Assembly: GCA_040235475.1 (NCBI GenBank)
Contig: JBECKY010000077.1
Coordinates: 1,517 to 65,516, forward strand
Length of the DNA: 64,000 nucleotides
DNA from: Pseudomonadales bacterium
GTDB taxonomy: Bacteria > Pseudomonadota > Gammaproteobacteria > Pseudomonadales > UBA3067
Reading direction: 5' to 3'
Shown: positions 62,408 to 64,000 of the stretch, piece by piece
How the letters are laid out: each line of letters begins with the position of its first letter
Numbering within the stretch: the stretch's first letter is position 1
Program-made: the position numbers and the translations under genes
Notes under the pieces: generated by a model
What the model was told of the DNA's origin: nothing
What the model saw: the letters and a program-made list of their open reading frames with translations, nothing else
Databases searched by the model: none

Positions 62408-63118
62408 CTAAAGTTCGTAAATCAGTCTCTTAACTCTACCAATCACGACCATGGCATCTTGGATTTTAATCGGCTCATATTGCGGATTTAAGGGTTTCAG
62501 GTAGACATTAGGCCCATCAACAATCATTTTTTTCAAGATAGGTTCATCACTGCCCGGTAATCGAGCCACAATGATGTCGCCGTTTTCATATTCTAAAACC
62601 GGATCTACGATGATGACTGTGCCTTCAGGAATGGAAGGCGGGCCGTGGGGATTAAGCATGGAGTCGCCTTTTACTTCTAAAGCGAAAGCGCTGGTGCTGA
62701 CATTCGCGGTGGTCGAAATCCACTCTTTTGCATCGTTAGGGTGGAAGTCTTCAATAAGTTCAGGCCATTGGCCTGCCTGCAACCAGCTAATCAAGGGTAT
62801 GCTAATTGAATTTGATTCTGTTTGCGGATTTATATAATGCCGGCTTTCTTCCTCTATGCGATGGGCAAGAAACATCTTATTGGATTTACCCAGGATGTAG
62901 TCTGGATTGATGTTTCTATTCAGTTTCAGATTGAGCAGGGTGTCTCTATCGGGCACCGAAATACCTTTTTCCCACTGCGAAGCCGCAGCCTTGGAACGGC
63001 CACCGGCTTTTCCGAGCAGCTCAAGGGATATGCCCAATTCTAACCTTACTTTCTTAATTCGATCGGAAGTGACCGCCAGATCAGCCTTATCAATAGTGCG
63101 AGAACTGCTATTTTTCAT
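62408..63118 (-). CDS. CI/LexA-type repressor (XRE-family HTH plus S24 self-cleaving peptidase domain)
   Basis: 236 aa. It has an N-terminal HTH (IKKVRLELGISLELLGKAGGRSKAAASQWEKG), an Ala-Gly cleavage context (ISWLQAGQW), the Ser nucleophile (KGDSM) and the Lys base (ILKKM). Confidence 0.85.
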   Translation of the reverse strand: MKNSSSRTIDKADLAVTSDRIKKVRLELGISLELLGKAGGRSKAAASQWEKGISVPDRDTLLNLKLNRNINPDYILGKSNKMFLAHRIEEESRHYINPQTESNSISIPLISWLQAGQWPELIEDFHPNDAKEWISTTANVSTSAFALEVKGDSMLNPHGPPSIPEGTVIIVDPVLEYENGDIIVARLPGSDEPILKKMIVDGPNVYLKPLNPQYEPIKIQDAMVVIGRVKRLIYEL

Positions 63119-63352
63119 GGGTAAAGTATAATTGACTAAAACCGCAGCTGAATTGACTCTATTTGTATAGCTGTATTTACTTGTTCCGGATTGCCCTCAT
63201 CATCCATGAAGACAAGGGTTAGGATCTTGGCAGCGATAACTTTTGGGCACCTAAAATTCAATCGTTATAGAACAGTGTCAGCAAGTTAGGATAGAAGATT
63301 TTCATTCAGGAGATCTAAAACACTCGCGACTGGTAAGCAGGCGTACTTGCAT

Positions 63353-64000
63353 CTATCTTGTTAACAAGTCTGCGGAGCGTTTAAACAGCGAGATCGATCT
63401 TTTGATCCCCCACTGCTCCAAACGGATAAGCATTTTCACTAGCCGCCAATGTCTTGACAACCTCAGTGTGCTCAGCAGCAGCGGGGCACTGGTTAAAGCA
63501 ACGGCGTCTACCAGACAATACCAGACAGCCACACCACTGGGCGGATTACCTTGCGCCAACCCTGTCACTGGATCAATAGGCGCCCAGGACCAGGTGCCCG
63601 TCAACGTTCCCACCCATTCCAGGTAAGTGGTGATATAAAAAGCGCCCAGGTAAACCGGGGCGGACTTGCCGCGCCAAAGGAACAGTAGAAACACGGAAAA
63701 TAATATTGCTCCAAGCACATCTTGCTGTGCCGCCAGGGTCAGACCCCATACAACCCAGATGCTGCCACCAATAACAGCTACTCTTAATAGGAGTTGATAA
63801 TATTGTTGCAAAAGTACCGACCGCCCAAGCGCCACCGCCGTTAAATAAATCATCCCGTGACCCGGCGGCACAAAAGCAGGCACATTGGCCAATCTATAGG
63901 TATAGCTGCCCCAAAACGGCGAAGCAAAATATTCGCCAAGGGTGGCGAATGCCACTGCAACCAGAACCTGGGCCTGGACTTGCCTGGACTCATACAGAAG
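63353..64000 (-). CDS. Integral membrane protein of unknown function, probably 5'-truncated by the window edge
   Basis: It has several hydrophobic helices. The reading frame stays open from 63955 (the track's GTG start) to position 64000, so the true start is probably outside the window. Confidence 0.55.
   Translation of the reverse strand, partial: LLYESRQVQAQVLVAVAFATLGEYFASPFWGSYTYRLANVPAFVPPGHGMIYLTAVALGRSVLLQQYYQLLLRVAVIGGSIWVVWGLTLAAQQDVLGAILFSVFLLFLWRGKSAPVYLGAFYITTYLEWVGTLTGTWSWAPIDPVTGLAQGNPPSGVAVWYCLVDAVALTSAPLLLSTLRLSRHWRLVKMLIRLEQWGIKRSISLFKRSADLLTR

Noticed and set aside
61508-64000. Prophage or integrative element at the right end, suggested by the CI-like repressor
   Set aside because: No integrase, excisionase, cro-like divergent gene, structural gene, att-like repeat or tRNA target is visible in the window. 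This cannot be excluded beyond position 64000, so it is kept as a check under the repressor finding.

Overview
The window reads as a mostly core chromosomal stretch of a moderately AT-leaning gammaproteobacterium. Gene order closely resembles Pseudomonas-type synteny blocks, joined by short accessory inserts.

Left to right:
- A truncated group II intron sits directly behind an intrinsic terminator.
- Two divergent secreted paralogues belong to no family I recognise.
- A Fur-box-fronted two-gene Fe3+ ABC importer follows.
- The ubiI-ubiH-pepP-ygfB block faces zapA, 6S RNA and 5-formyl-THF cyclo-ligase.
- A minimal egtB-egtD ergothioneine pair comes next.
- A passenger-less inverse-autotransporter-like barrel follows.
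- Then ilvA, rpiA and a secreted protein with a CsgG/LpoB-like middle.
- Then an FAH-family gene, a D-2-hydroxyglutarate-dehydrogenase-like gene and serA.
- A lipoprotein triad (TPR lipoprotein, YcfL, LpoB) follows.
- Then an alpha/beta hydrolase and fba-pgk-epd-tkt.
- Then metK-ahcY-metF, bioA and rsmE.
- The complete Pil-Chp chemosensory cluster is present (pilGHIJK-chpABC, with a 2177-aa ChpA).
- Then gshB, a TonB3-like gene, yqgE, ruvX, tex and pyrR-pyrB-pyrC'.
- The window ends with a self-cleavable CI/LexA-type repressor and an unknown 219-aa gene behind a motif-dense spacer, then a partial membrane protein.

I saw no rRNA, tRNA or CRISPR array, and no clear defence island. The best candidates for something undescribed are the orphan S24-repressor module, the secreted paralogue pair, the passenger-less barrel and the 436-aa secreted protein. 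All four need database and structure searches that I cannot run here.
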